Source: Octopus vulgaris (lineage: Eukaryota). Taken from it: a stretch of DNA of 64,000 nt. Position numbers and translations under genes: made by a program. How positions within the stretch are numbered: position 1 is the first letter of the stretch; the number at the start of each line of letters is the position of its first letter. This document shows, piece by piece, positions 38,913-52,434 of the stretch. The stretch covers positions 44,702,001-44,766,000 of the forward strand of contig OX597814.1 of NCBI GenBank assembly GCA_951406725.2, read 5' to 3'. The notes under the pieces were generated by a model. It was given only the letters and a program-made list of their open reading frames with translations, did no database searches and was not told the DNA's origin.

Positions 38913-40699
38913 GAGAGAGCCACAAGTCATGGTGCTTATCGTCTCGTGCCTATATGTTAGCCTTGGCTTTCTGCTGAAAATGGCACGCCAATTGTAACTT
39001 AAAATCGTTTTATTTTATTTACAAAGATTGCCGAAACTATGCATAGTCCAGGAAAGATAGGGTAAACGTTTTTATTTCTTATTCCCTTTCAGAATTACAA
39101 CTATTAGTGGTTTGGAGTTTAACTGCTCTTTCTAGTGAGTCAGATGTCTTATTATGGTCATCTCTTATGTATTTTTCTATGTATGTATATATATATATAT
39201 ATTTCCTGTTCATCGATGTAAGTAGTATAAGCATTGAGGATTTTACTGGCATTTTCTTAATTTGCAAAGTCCCGTCATAGAAACATTTAACAATTTCAAT
39301 CACCCTTGAATCGATTCGCGAAAATAAAACCTGACAATTTTTCGACACAATAATGTATGTAGAGATACTGTCAACGCCGGCTGTCATGCGATAATGCTTA
39401 CCTAGTAACATACATAGACCAATAACTTTTTAACGCTTAGTTCACACGTTTGAAAATCGTCGGGAGAAAGTAGAAAGCAGTAGTTTGTCGTCTTTTATTT
39501 TCATTTATCACTAAAGTACCGAACTGTTACGCCGGGCGTTATTAGATTGAAAGGGATTTGTTTTTTTGTTTTTAGTGAATTCTCAACATATTGCCGTAAA
39601 ATGACTTTTTAACGAAAGCATACAAATAGTGTTGGCAACAATGAAGATGGTGTTTTCTCCCATTATGCTAAGGAAAATAGAAAACGGAATTTAAAAAAGA
39701 AACAAAAGCGAACAATGCAGATTGTAATGTAACAAAAAAAAAACTGTCAAGTTAAATAACGTCACATATTGCAACGAAGAGAATGTTGCATTAGATGGCT
39801 TCAAATAAACACAAAAGCAACAACAAAAAAACACACACGACATTAACTTGCAGGCGTCTCTTCGGTTCTTGTGACATCTTTAGAAGTAGTAATATCGACA
39901 TCATCATCATCATCATCAAATCATGAACGGCATCATCATCGTCGTCGTTTTTCTCGGCATCGTCGTCGCCGTTATTATAAACACTGCTAGTACCTCCACC
40001 ACTACCATCATAGTCATTAGCAGATTCAACCATATTTGTAGTATTAGGAGCAGCCATCTTAAAGCAAACAAAATGCTTTTTGTAAACATAGTATAAACCA
40101 AAAGGAAACAAAATTAATGTCCGTACTTTGCGACATTCAGCTTCTTTTTCTCATTGTAGGATTGGATTTTGGGGATGATTATGAAAAGTTGAAAGGGATT
40201 ACTTCAAGTTTGCTGTAGATGGAAAGAATTTATTTATGTATTTATGTTATTTATGTAACACACGTCACGTTATTAATGTATGTATGCAACTGTATTTAGA
40301 ATGATGCAGATATATAACTAGATACATGCATCTTTACTCCTTTCCGTCGATCTGAAAAATATGGGAAAATATATTCTGAAAGAGCATCAGCAGTTACAAA
40401 AAAGAATGAATCGAAATTTCACTAATGGTAGGTTTAAATCATTTCTTACTCTCCACTCCTTAAGTATATAAACGCACACGCGCGCGCATAATACACATAA
40501 ACATACATTCATATATAAACATACACATACGCATGTTTATATATATATATATATATATTAATATATAAAAATATGTATATATACATATATATGTATATAT
40601 ACATATATTTATATCTGTAAATATCTATATATAGTAAGTTAGGTAAGCTGTATATGAAAATAGGATATTCGAAGTTTAAAATTAATAATGTAAAGGAAA

Positions 40700-41870
40700 A
40701 TATAGTACTGAGGTCATAGCTTGTGAGAAGGTTATTGCAAGAGGAAGTGAAAAATAATCCACACTTTGGCCAAAATTGTCTTTAGATTTGCCGTTAAGCT
40801 TTCAGCACTTGCAAGGTAAAAGATTGTTTTTTTTTTTGTGTGGTTACGCAACTAGAGTTTGACTTCTATCCTTTTTTTTTTCGTGTGTTGCACTTTTTCT
40901 TTCTTATGTTATTGAATAAACATGGCCGTTCCGCTACCAGTGTGCACCAAGGGAGAAGAGAGAACAGTGACCTGATTTCTCAGCATTGTAGAGGTGTGTA
41001 TGAGCGAACAGAGAAGTTTAAAAGCGACCAGACACAAAGAGGGAGCAGTACGCCCAACAATTTTCTTGACTGGTGTGAAGTGAAGATTCAACATGCTCGT
41101 GAGATGGTCCTGGTGAACCGAAGAGTGATCCTTGATGAGGTGGCATGTTCTCTGCAAATTAGTCGTGCTCTACATACGAAGTCATCTTCGACAAGCTTTG
41201 CTTCCGTAAAGTCTGTGCGAGACGAGTGCCAACGGAGCTTATCAAAGCACACAAGCGCAATCGCGTGGGGATCTGTCAAAGCTTCTCAGCCGCTTCAACC
41301 ATAAAGGCGAAGCATTTCGGAGAAAATAGTCTCAGAAGACGAAACCTGGGCCCATTATTTTGATTCGGAATCCAAAAAGTAGAGTATGGGGTGGAAACAT
41401 TTGGAAGTGCCAACGCAGAAGAAATTCAATACTGAACCTCACGTTTTATTGAATGCAAAAGAGCCTATACATGTACATCAACGGAGAAAGGGGGTTTACA
41501 ATTACAATTATAGGATACAACGAAATGTTGGCTAACAAACAGAAAACTGCATTCGCACTAACCGCCGAGGTCTCTTGTCAGTGCTGTTGCATGACAATGC
41601 ACGACAACATGCAACCACCCACACCATTGAAAAACTCGAAAAGTTGGATCTTAATTGCTAGACCATTCTATACACAGTCCAGAAATCGACCCCTCCAACT
41701 ATCACCTATCAGACAACTTTTACAGAGTTGTCGATTTACTAGACATAAAAGTGTAGGAAACAGTGCATAAATTGCTGCACAACTAGCCGAGAACTTTCTT
41801 GTGTTTTTGAGTTCAGATAACTTTTACGGAAATGTGAAGCAAGATATCTCGTAAATAGAGAAGGTATCGG
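40700..41870 (+). mobile_element. Degraded mariner transposon
   Basis: From 40922: MAVPLPVCTKGEERTVT*FL, REMVLVNRRVILDEVACSLQIS, FRKVCARRVP, IVSEDETWAHYFDSESK, GWKH; many indels. Confidence 0.85.
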
Positions 41871-42061
41871 AGACACATACGGTTGTCTGGACACACATAA
41901 AAAATAGGTATATGCACAAAAATATATAAATGACTTTTGTGACTGGAAAAAACAATGCACATGTACAAACAAGAATGTATGCGCATGAGTAGCGTAAGTA
42001 TATACTCCAATGCACACACACTCTCACAGATACTTACTCACGCACACACACACACGCACGC

Positions 42062-42138
<77 letters not shown>

Positions 42139-42582
42139 AAACAATACACAAAACAATATATTTCTAAAGCAGAGATGTAGCCAATTATTATCACAAAAGC
42201 AAGTGTGTGATAACAGTGTATATGCAAAAAAGATATTGACACAGCAAAACACAGCCAAATCAGATGATGGTAAGATCTTATCCCTTTCGATAATTCGCAG
42301 CTGAAGAACATATAAAGAAGTACAGATAAAATTACAAGTGTGAGCTGCTTCCATCCATCTTTCAAAAATTATTAGATGTGCAACCAGTTAGTTTATTAAT
42401 GGAAGTGTTAATTGGTATGACGTGATGTAATATAGATATACTTGAAGAAAACAAGTGCACCTAAATTTGCAAAAATGCTGCAAAATATAAGAACTAATGG
42501 TAAATGTCATTAATAAAGAACAAAAAGAGTAGTTGAATAAAATTTAAGAAATCAAAATTTAAGAGATACAAAGATAAGGATA

Positions 42583-42999
42583 TCTATTTCTTTATTACCC
42601 ACAAGAGGCTAAACATAGAGGGGACAAACAAAGATAGACATAGGTATTAAATCGATTACATCGACCCCAGTGCGTAAATGGTACTTAATTAATCGACCCC
42701 GAAAGGATGAAAGGTAAAGTCGACCTCGGCGGAATTTGAACTCACAACGTAACGGCAGACAAAATACCTATTTCTTTATTACCCACAAGGGGCTAAACAC
42801 AGAGGGGACAAACAAAGACAGACATAGGTATTAAGTCGATTACGTCGACCCCAGTGCGTAAATGATACTTAATTTATCGACCCCGAAAGGATGAAAGGTA
42901 AAGTCGACCTCAACGGAATTTGAACTCACAACGTAACGGCAGACAAAATACCGCTAAGCATTTCGCCCGGCGTGCTAACGGTTCTGCCAGCTCGCCCGC
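42583..42999 (-). mobile_element. Family-A SINE 1.8-mer (full unit plus 5'-truncated unit) with 12-bp TSD
   Basis: AAGATAAGGATA at 42571-42582 and 43000-43011; units 42769-42999 and 42583-42768 are nearly identical. Confidence 0.92.
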
Positions 43000-45072
43000 A
43001 AGATAAGGATAAGGATATCATATGTAATATTGCCGTCGACGGCGTTAACTCGCATCCGTGTAGTAGATCTGTTGTCAATGATTGATCCTCTTCAACTTGA
43101 TGCGTGCAAATGGCCCCGATGCCTGAGGTAGTTTTTCAGGTTAAGGATAGTATAGGAAAGCCGGGGGGGGGGGGGGGCTATCGCAAGGGAGAGTTGTTGG
43201 GGGACTTGTAAGTGCGAGTCACTCTTTGTGTCTTCTACGCCTGACCTTGGCCTTTTAGCGTCTGTTATTTTCCCTGGGAAGTTGAAAAGTACAAAGATAA
43301 TATAGAGAATGATCGTTAAAATATGTAAATAGTGTTGAACATGACTCACGATGTGCTATGCACGTTATAGTATATCAAGGTATAACTAAAACAGTAGTGT
43401 ATTTAACTGTTGTGAAGATGAATGAGGTTGAATCACGCAATTTAGGGAAATGAATTGAATGGTAGCGAAAATAAAAAAATAGTGCTTCAAGTTTCAGTAA
43501 GAGAGTAGAGTTTGGCTGGAATTTACTAAAAAATGGCTCACCAAAAAGATAATGAAGAACATGTACTAATAGGTCCGTATTATTTAGTAGGTTTCACGTG
43601 ATAAGTGCACAAGGGAATCAATGTATGTACATTACTTAGCTGTGTTACAAATGAAAATAATAACGAAATAAATGAAAGTTTGGGACGGATGCAATGACCG
43701 AATTAGGCTAACTTTTATAAGGCTGAAGCTTTTATAAAGGAAGTGCATAAAGAAAGACACGTTAGTGTTTTAAGGGTGAACGTAAAGTACAAGGAGTCGC
43801 ATAGGTAAAGTTATTACCAAAGTATAATCACCTATTGGTATAGGTTAGCGATTTGTATTGTCCCAGATTATCTTCAGAGACTTGTTGGAGGTGAGAATAT
43901 AAGCAAAATATATTTCTATACTTTCGTTTCTGTAAGATTTATTGGTAAAATCTTAAGAACGGTTTACTCAGCAAATTGGAAAGGAATTGAATGACTGCAA
44001 GTAGTTTAGATTACCGTCTGTCACCTATCTTGTTTCAGTGGATGTTATTGTTCATATATAAAATTACAAATTGGCCACCTATTAGTTCCCCCATTTTTAA
44101 AAATTAACGTAGGGGGATTTTTCTGACTTCTTCTGCATGACAGAAGTGGCTTCACTTTGGATTGTATTTACATAACACTGCCTTATATACTATTGTTCAT
44201 TAAAAAAAAAACATGCTTTATACTTTCTGTTTCTATTTACAAAATATACTCTGATAGAAGTGTAGTTGTCTTATGACAGAAAGAAGTGTCGTGTTTTCTG
44301 CCTGACGCAATGAGTTGTCGTGTTGGTGTAGGCTACTGCTGCTGGAACATTTGATTTGTATGATAGGGCATAAAAAAAAACATTACTCCATATTTGGCTC
44401 TTTATGTCACAAAGCTTAATATTTCAGAATGAGCATGCACATGCCCGTTTACTTTACGATTCACCGCAGAGAATATAAGTCATAGATTGCCTGAAATGAG
44501 TGAAAAGGAGATAGTTTATGACTGAAAATGGAATCTAAGCAGCTATTTCATATATTATCATCATATGGTAGAACGATTGGAATAAAAACATCCAGAAACT
44601 TCTATAGGATAAAAAATATTAAAAATTAGCCGGAAATTATTGTGGTGCTGGGTATGATACAAAGAAAGATTAAAAAATAGTTACATATTTCTCAAACTAT
44701 TGCGGAGTGAAAGAATGAAGGAATAAAGAACAATTATATTCTAGAAGACGTCCAATAAATCATCTTTCTGAGACGCGCGTACATTTTAAGAACGTTCTTG
44801 GAGATACATACCCATAGCACACTTTGATATTCTGCAAATGTATGTTGTATCTCTGTATTTATATCTGCTTGCATTATGCAACTATATATTATCAGTATGT
44901 ACTTTTATACTTTGTAGCAAATATAAATGCGAAGTTGGATACGACAACGTAGCAGCAAACAAGGTTCCTAATGAAGTCACTTTCAAAATCATTCATAGCT
45001 AAGTTTTAATAGCCAACTTTTGTATGGTGAGCAACAATTGTATAACTCAAATAATGTTAACGAATAGATAGA

Positions 45073-45107
<35 letters not shown>

Positions 45108-45499
45108 ATCGTCTTTCAAGAGATAAATCCCATAAAAAAAGAATATTCAACTTAATTTCTGCAGGAGGCAGCCACTAAATAGATTCTCATGAATGATATA
45201 TAATAGTAATGTAGTCAAGCTTCCTACCTGTTGGAATTCACCAGAATCCGATAAGGTTTTTCCTGCTGATTGCTTTCCATGTACAGCAAAAACAGTGCTG
45301 AGATGAGTTATTATCAGATCTACCAGCTATACTAAGTAGATTTATACATATTTTCCAACTAGCTTTTTATGCTTATCTTTTTGCGAATATAATTTACTAT
45401 TAATAAATATGTAAGCATTCCCGAGAGTTTATATTTCTATAGTAAAATTTTTACAGTGTAATGTGAGATTACAAACATATGAGAATTGACTGGATATAG

Positions 45500-46000
45500 A
45501 GAAAGGTAATGTAAATAGATAGAACGAGAAAGGGGCGGGGAGAGACAGGAGAAATAATGGATTGCAAAATGGAAAGGAATACTGAGAAATTAAGATATAG
45601 AGGTGGTAATAGAGGATAGGAAGTAATGTAGTGAAAGAACCGATTGAAAAAATAATCAGAAAAAGGGTAGATAGAAATGAGAAGAAAATAAAATGTGAAG
45701 AAAGGAAGAAATTAGATTAGAAGAAAATATAAATGGAATATTTGAATGAAGTAAAATAGAAATGAAAATGGACCACAGAAAAGAGATGGGGTAAGCTAAT
45801 GCAAATAAAAAGTAAAATTGATAGAAAAATTATGTGTAAGGAATGAGAAAAGGAAAAAGAGAGAAGTAAAATATGAAATAAAGGAAGTTAAGGAAAAGGA
45901 AATAGAAATAAATACAGAGAGAGAGGAATATAAGAGGAAGAGAAAGAAATATATATTTAAATAGCAGATATTAGATATAATGGAAAGAAGAGAAAATATA
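45500..46000. repeat. Purine-rich (A/G) low-complexity tract
   Basis: Directly visible strand asymmetry. Confidence 0.8.
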
Positions 46001-47544
46001 TTATTTCTGTAATTGTAAAGTCCAAGTGTTTGATCATTCAGATAGATACAACACCTGAGCCGTTAATTCTGGCCGATATAAGAAATCTATTCTCTGAAAA
46101 GGATAACTAAGTAAATCAGTTAAATTCAAATGTATATCTTTTCTTATCTATTTAGACAAACTTTACTTTCATTTACTTTGCTTTACGTTTTTGGTTATTT
46201 CTATTTTATCTTATAACGTATATTATTCGCACTTTGAACATAGTAAAAGCAAAATGTCTTCAAAACAAAACACATATTTCTTAGAAGTAAATTCATCCAC
46301 ATGTCCGGTTGAAGTGTATAACAATGATCTAAGCGAAACTCCAACCTGAAATTCAGACTAGTCATAATTTTACTCAAACACCATAGATCATGTTCTTGTA
46401 ATAAAAACAAAAGAAGATGTCCAAATTTGCAAGCTATCTATGTTCATACGTCGAACTCTATTTAGGAATTCACAATCCTATCATTAGCAAATAATTACCA
46501 GCTTGTAAGAGGGTTGTTTGATCTGAAAAGTGACGCGACTTTTGAAACATTAAATCTACATTTCTTAATAGAAGACTTTTAACACTCATAGATTCCATCA
46601 GAAGGCAACTTCTTAGTTATTCTAGATGACGATATTATTATTACGATTGATGTCATAAAAGCTACAAATATAATTAAGTCTATGATTATCAATGAAGCCT
46701 ACCCCACGCTTGATAATTATTGTTGATTATAACCCTTAGTATTCTCGTTAGAATGGTGGACTTAAATATTTCTTAATGTTAGAAAGAAATGTAAATTGAC
46801 TCTATAAAATAAAATTGTTATGTTATGAATTCACATCACCTCGTACCAATTATCACTTTCATTAATAACCTAACTAGTAGCGCATTTATTAATTTTTGAA
46901 AGATGGATGGAAGCAGCTCACACTGGTAAGCCGTATCAAATCGTTTTCTTCACATTGAGCTTATCTGTTGTAATATATTCGATCGTATTTAAAGAATATG
47001 TGATCTCATATAGACTCTGATGCAATAGCACCATTTGCCATTCTTTATATTTTGCTTGCTGCGCTGAATATTTTCAGGGTTTATAACTACTATTCAAGTC
47101 TCCATAGTAGTGTATAGCCCACAACAAATTGTAAACTTATAAACCCCACCGCGGAATATCCCTACAGCCATATTTAGTTTCACTTACTCTTTAATAAATT
47201 TGTACCATTACTCACTAATAAGAAATAGATCGATATATGACTAGGTAAACATTTTATCGTAATGACTCCGAACCTTTAATATTACACTCTCATGTTAGAA
47301 TATCTAACATAGATATTAGTAGCGTTTCATAAATTCGCATTATAGCTGATATTATTTATATCACTTACGGTGTATATACTGGAGAATGTGACTCAACTTT
47401 CTGATAATGAGGAATAACTAATCTACTGCTTCTAAAATGTGTGTGAACTACATCTTTATTAATATTTCGAATTATTATATACACGATACGAAATCAGACA
47501 GAAAGCGGAGAGACTACTCTCTGAATGATTTTCAGTGAGATATT

Positions 47545-47680
47545 ATAGTTCGGCAAGAGAGACTGATAGGATAGTACTTGGCTTACAAAGAATAAGTCCT
47601 GGGATCAATTTGTTCGACTAAAAGCGGTGCTCCAACATGGCCGCAGTCAAATGACTGAAACAAATAAAAGAATAAAAGAA
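47545..47680 (+). mobile_element. SINE family B 3' fragment
   Basis: GAATAAGTCCTGGGATC..TTCGACTAAAAGCGGTGCTCCAACATGGCCGCAGTCAAATGACTGAAAC + (AAAGAAT) tail. Confidence 0.8.
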
Positions 47681-47684
47681 TATA

Positions 47685-48456
47685 TATAGGACGCAGAGAA
47701 TAAATCGAAATTACATTAAAATATCTTGAAATACTAAAGACTAAATTTATTCAATAAAATTGCCTTTGGATTCAACCAGGGTTTCTAGACTACTTCGGAA
47801 TCTCCTGCTTCTCTTTTGGATGGTTTCTTTGTTTAAGTTGGCGGACACTGCCATAATCCTTGCCTTCAGTTAATCTTTGGTATTACAAAGAGTTTTGTTG
47901 GTCTCCCACTCAACTGCGTCCCACACATAATAACCAAGAGGGTAGCATTCTAGGGAGTTATGTGGCCAGATGTTAGGGGGTGATGTAGTTGCAGAAATTG
48001 TCTGACAGCCATGACCAGGTTCTCCTGCTTGTGGGGCATGATACAGCGTTCCGTTGTCAGACTTGGGTTTTTCCAGCAGCCACTATCTTGACCCAGGGCA
48101 GCACTACCTCCTCCCAGCACTTGATACAGACTTCTTTGTTGTCTGAGGTTGTATGAGAAGATGAATGGAGGCATAACGTCGCCATCACTAGTGATCACTT
48201 CAAATACCATGATGTTGACTGGATGCTTGATTTTTATCACTTTGGGTACATGTCCACAGATTGACACCCACGCTCTCTGAAATGTTCGTATTGGATCTTT
48301 CGGAATAATGCCAAGCAGTACATGTCATTTCGAATTTCTCACAGACGGTGCCCAGATGACCCTAGTATACTGCGTAGTCAACAAAATGAAAAACAAAGAA
48401 TGTTCATGCGTAAAATTAAAAATGTAAAATGGCGACAAGTTACCCACCGCACCCTG

Positions 48457-48458
<2 letters not shown>
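47685..48458 (-). mobile_element. Internally deleted Tc1/mariner-superfamily element, maT/DD37D-like
   Basis: KHPVNIMVFEVITSDGDVMPPFIF, WPHNSLECYPLGYYVWDAVEWETNK; terminus TACAGGGTGCGGTGGGTAA at 48458. Confidence 0.8.
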
Positions 48459-48519
<61 letters not shown>

Positions 48520-48959
48520 ACATACATATATATACCTACATACATATACATACATATACATACATATACATACATACATACATATGTGTATGTATATATG
48601 TATGTATGTTGTTGCTGCTGCTTAGAGGTGCTTACGGAGTAAGAGAAGGAGAGAGAGAAGTGTGTGTGTAAGTGAGAGATTACTGTGTGATAAGAGAATT
48701 TATAATTTTGGGGGTTTTCCATCTTTTCCATGTGAAGTCTTCTTCCTATAAATGACAAAGCATATGAAATAATACTTCCATATAGCCTTATATTCCTTTT
48801 ATGCTGTTTTTTGTTTCTTTTGTTTTTTTGGTACTTTAGGTGTTCCCAAGTAATTGCAGATAGCACCAATTCGCCCTTATTATGGGGTCCTCAATTCAGC
48901 ATAACTTGAGATCATGAAATTAGATGGTCTTTAGACATTTAAAACACATGCATACATTC

Positions 48960-49150
<191 letters not shown>

Positions 49151-50220
49151 AAGAATATATGTTCAGTAACAAGTATTGATATGGCTGCGTGTTTATTATT
49201 ACAAGAATTCTTACAAAGAAGAAAGGATTGAAGAACTATATATTTACTTCATAAAAATATTTTTTTTATTTATTGGTTAACGATAAAGCATAATCAAAAT
49301 GTAGAATCTAGTTGAATGAAGTCATTTATGCAAGGAAGTTCAGAAATAGGAAATATAGAAATAACAGCTAAGTGGTGGTTTTTAGTCATGTGGCGTAGAG
49401 AAATAGACGGACATAGCAATGGCGTGAATGGCTTGAAGTTTAATCGACTAAGAAGCGAAGAGCTGTGTTAGCAATCTGTTTTCATTAATGGAACGCTAGT
49501 CATTCTAGAAAATGCCAAGTGAAACGCTAAGCTTCGTGAATAATTAAGAATCACGTCTTATGACACAGATGCTTCAGGAAACTTAGAAATGGAGGTTACT
49601 CGGTGTGTGCTTGTGTGTGTGTGTATACATATAATTATATATGTGTGTGTGTGTGTGTGTGAATATATATATGTGCGTTATGTGTGTTTGTGTGCGTGTG
49701 CGCGTATGTGTGTCTGTCCCACCGTATATGGATGTATATGTGAACCAACATGTCAGTATACGTATAGGCCGTATCTTAAGGGTCAGTTAAGGACAATTGC
49801 ATGTGTAAGCAACCGTGAAGTACAAATCAACAGTACAAAGAAATCCCTTTAAAACTGCAACCATCTTAGCAGTACCATAAATCAACATCCCACTACATCT
49901 ACACAGTCAAATCAGTTTGCCAACGACCCTTCGGCAGCAATACACCCTGATAATATCTGTAATTACTACTAAATTCAGGCCAAGACAGACAGAGAGGATG
50001 TTCTTGGAGCCGAGAATTTGAACTTACGGAGACAATATTTACACATTGCATGAAGAATCATAACTGGATCTCATAATGCAAGGATGCGGTTGCATAATCA
50101 AGAACCTGCAGGCCTTGAGAAATACGTTGCGTGAAAACAATTGTAGTGATAAAGAAATAAATGTCCAACCGTACTCCTTCTTGTTGACTTCAATGTTTTC
50201 AATTATATATGTATATATAT

Positions 50221-50525
50221 ATGACCGTGACTGACCAGGCTATCAGATGTTGCTACACATCGCTGGTGACAATGCGCTTCGCATTGTTTTTAGCTTTCAA
50301 ATGACGCCACCCCGCTGGCTAAGCGACCAGGCCAACAGAAGAAAGAGTGAAAGAACGTTGTGGCGAAAGACTACAGCAGGGATCACCACCACATCCCTGC
50401 CGGAGCCTTGTGGAGCTTTAGTTGTTTTCGTTCAATAAACACTCACAACGCCCGATCTGGGAATCGAAGCCGCGATCCTACAACCGCGAGTCCGCTGCGC
50501 TAACCACTGTGCCATTGTGCCTCCA
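50221..50525 (-). mobile_element. tRNA-derived SINE (family C)
   Basis: Minus: GGAGGCACAATGGCACAGTGGTTAGCGCAGCGGACTCGCGG..GGCTTCGATTCCC (A and B boxes), unrelated body, flanked by TA/CA repeats. Confidence 0.85.
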
Positions 50526-50535
50526 CACACACACG

Positions 50536-50573
<38 letters not shown>

Positions 50574-50599
50574 GTTATATTTTTCTTACGAAATATACA

Positions 50600-52430
50600 G
50601 GCCACATAGAAGTGTTCAAGTTGAACCTAAGACGTTAGACAAGTGTAATAAATGGAACGGAGAAAGTTCAAATTAGAAAAAACTACAATAAGCACATATT
50701 TATACGGATTTGATTGAAGATAAAAATGATCCAGAAAACATATATTGATATATTAAAATACATATACAAATGCATGTAAAAATATACAAGTTTATGAATA
50801 TTAAAATATATATGGACATTATAAATATATGAATATACAATCATAGTAATAGTATACTGAAGCATAAGATTATAGATAAAAACATTTTGTTTTTTATATA
50901 GACTTTAAAATACCGTGAAGAGACAATAATAGGCATCAAAACAAAAAGGCTTTTAGGTTACATATTAAAAGAAAATATTCCTACGGCCGTTTCAGGGATT
51001 CAATCCTCCGAGTAAAAAAAATTTCAGAGAACGTCTCCTTCAACAGAGAAAAGTAATGTTTACGGTAGAAATACATTCAGCTTGTTGCCAAGGTATGAGG
51101 TAACTGGGAGCTTTTATAGAAGAACAGATATATCTGTGCAAATGGTGGTAGTCTATATGAGAGCTGATGCGAGTAAAAATTACATTACTTTGTGTCTTTA
51201 TTAAAATTTATATTTATATTGGCAATATCGTGTTACAGGAAATATAATGTTAAGTGGTGCGAGGTAACTTAGTAAGGCTCTATTGTTGAGTACATTCGGA
51301 TTTAAAAAGTTTCATGAAAGTTGAATAATATCTGTGGTTTCACGAATGAATAGCATCGGAAAACGTATTTAATACTGTAAAATTATACAAGCGGAGGATG
51401 GTGTATGATTCTTTTATGCACATTCTACATTTGCCCATAATCGTGTTATATGGGGGAGGCCTTATCTATAATAGACCAAGGTAATCTGTAATTTTAAATC
51501 ATGTATGTACCTAGGTACTGCCGTTGAGTTTTTATATTTTAGCCTACTGAAGGAATTTAAATGGGTTCTATATCGTCTCTTAAAATCTATGATGCTTCCT
51601 ATGTATAGCCTTATTTAGTGTTTGTCTTTTACCACAAAACATATATAAATTACATTTTTTCGTAAACAAAATCCAGCGAGCGGACATAATTCGGGGACCC
51701 TGCAGTTCCAATTTTTTCCATTCCTATCTTTAGTTTTACTCGGATTTATTAAGGTTGTATCAGGTTGACCTATGCTTAGTTTGGATTGATTGCGCTTAGA
51801 TTTAGATAGAATTACATTATTGTTTTATTAATTTTATTTGGACCTTATCGTGATCTAAGCTTTTAGTCATTTGAAGTTGAGTGCATTTCTATTTGTCGAT
51901 GCAATTATACATCTCAAATTCGGCGTGGTAGAGTGAGATAACTTTATAGAGTGTTTGTTAAATATGGAGTAATATTTGTGCTGCTTAGGAAAATTTTATT
52001 TTAGAATCTTAAAGAACAGATTTGATAAGTTTTTTACTCTAAGAGAAAATGGGTAGGGGCAAACCAAATAATTTTAATTTCTCTTTTTCTAGATTTAGAA
52101 TGGGTTACAACATTAGGGTGTTCAGATATAGATGGGCTACGTTTGTTACGGCTACTAAAATGAAGGTTATGAAATTTAGCCTGGTTAACAAAAGGCTTTC
52201 TTATACATTTATAATTTAAAGAAGAAAGCACGTTAGTAATTTCAAGATTAATGTCAGATGGGAGATTAGCTAATTTGGCTTCAGTTTGGTGTCAGAGATG
52301 TAGAAAATATGATCAAGAAAGCCACTTAATTTTAGGGCTTGATTATAAAATGGGGCATGTGCATTAAAGATCTCATCTGCTGATATATTGAAGATTCTAA
52401 TTGAGATTGTCCTAATGATAATATCGAGGG
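50600..52430 (-). mobile_element. Penelope-like element 3' part (late RT, GIY-YIG, pLTR)
   Basis: Minus peptides SRKREIKIIWFAP (~RKRNIIWFNPP), CRVPELCPLAGFCLRKNVIY, YIGSIIDFKRRYRTHLNSF..NSTAVPRYIHDLK; hammerhead-like motif downstream on the same strand. Confidence 0.85.
50978..51050 (-). ncRNA. Hammerhead-like motif with CUGUUGA core
   Basis: Minus: ttct CTGTTGA agg...cct GAAAC GGCC GTA ggaa; 4-bp stem I, stem II, palindromic ACGGCCGT stem III. Confidence 0.6.
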
Positions 52431-52434
52431 TTAA

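Noticed and set aside
39791-40111. ORF with poly-D/poly-M stretches
   Set aside because: Derived from CAT/CGT triplet repeats; no splice or homology support.
50440-50525. tRNA-like sequence
   Set aside because: It is the tRNA-derived head of a SINE continuing into a SINE body; no proper acceptor stem.
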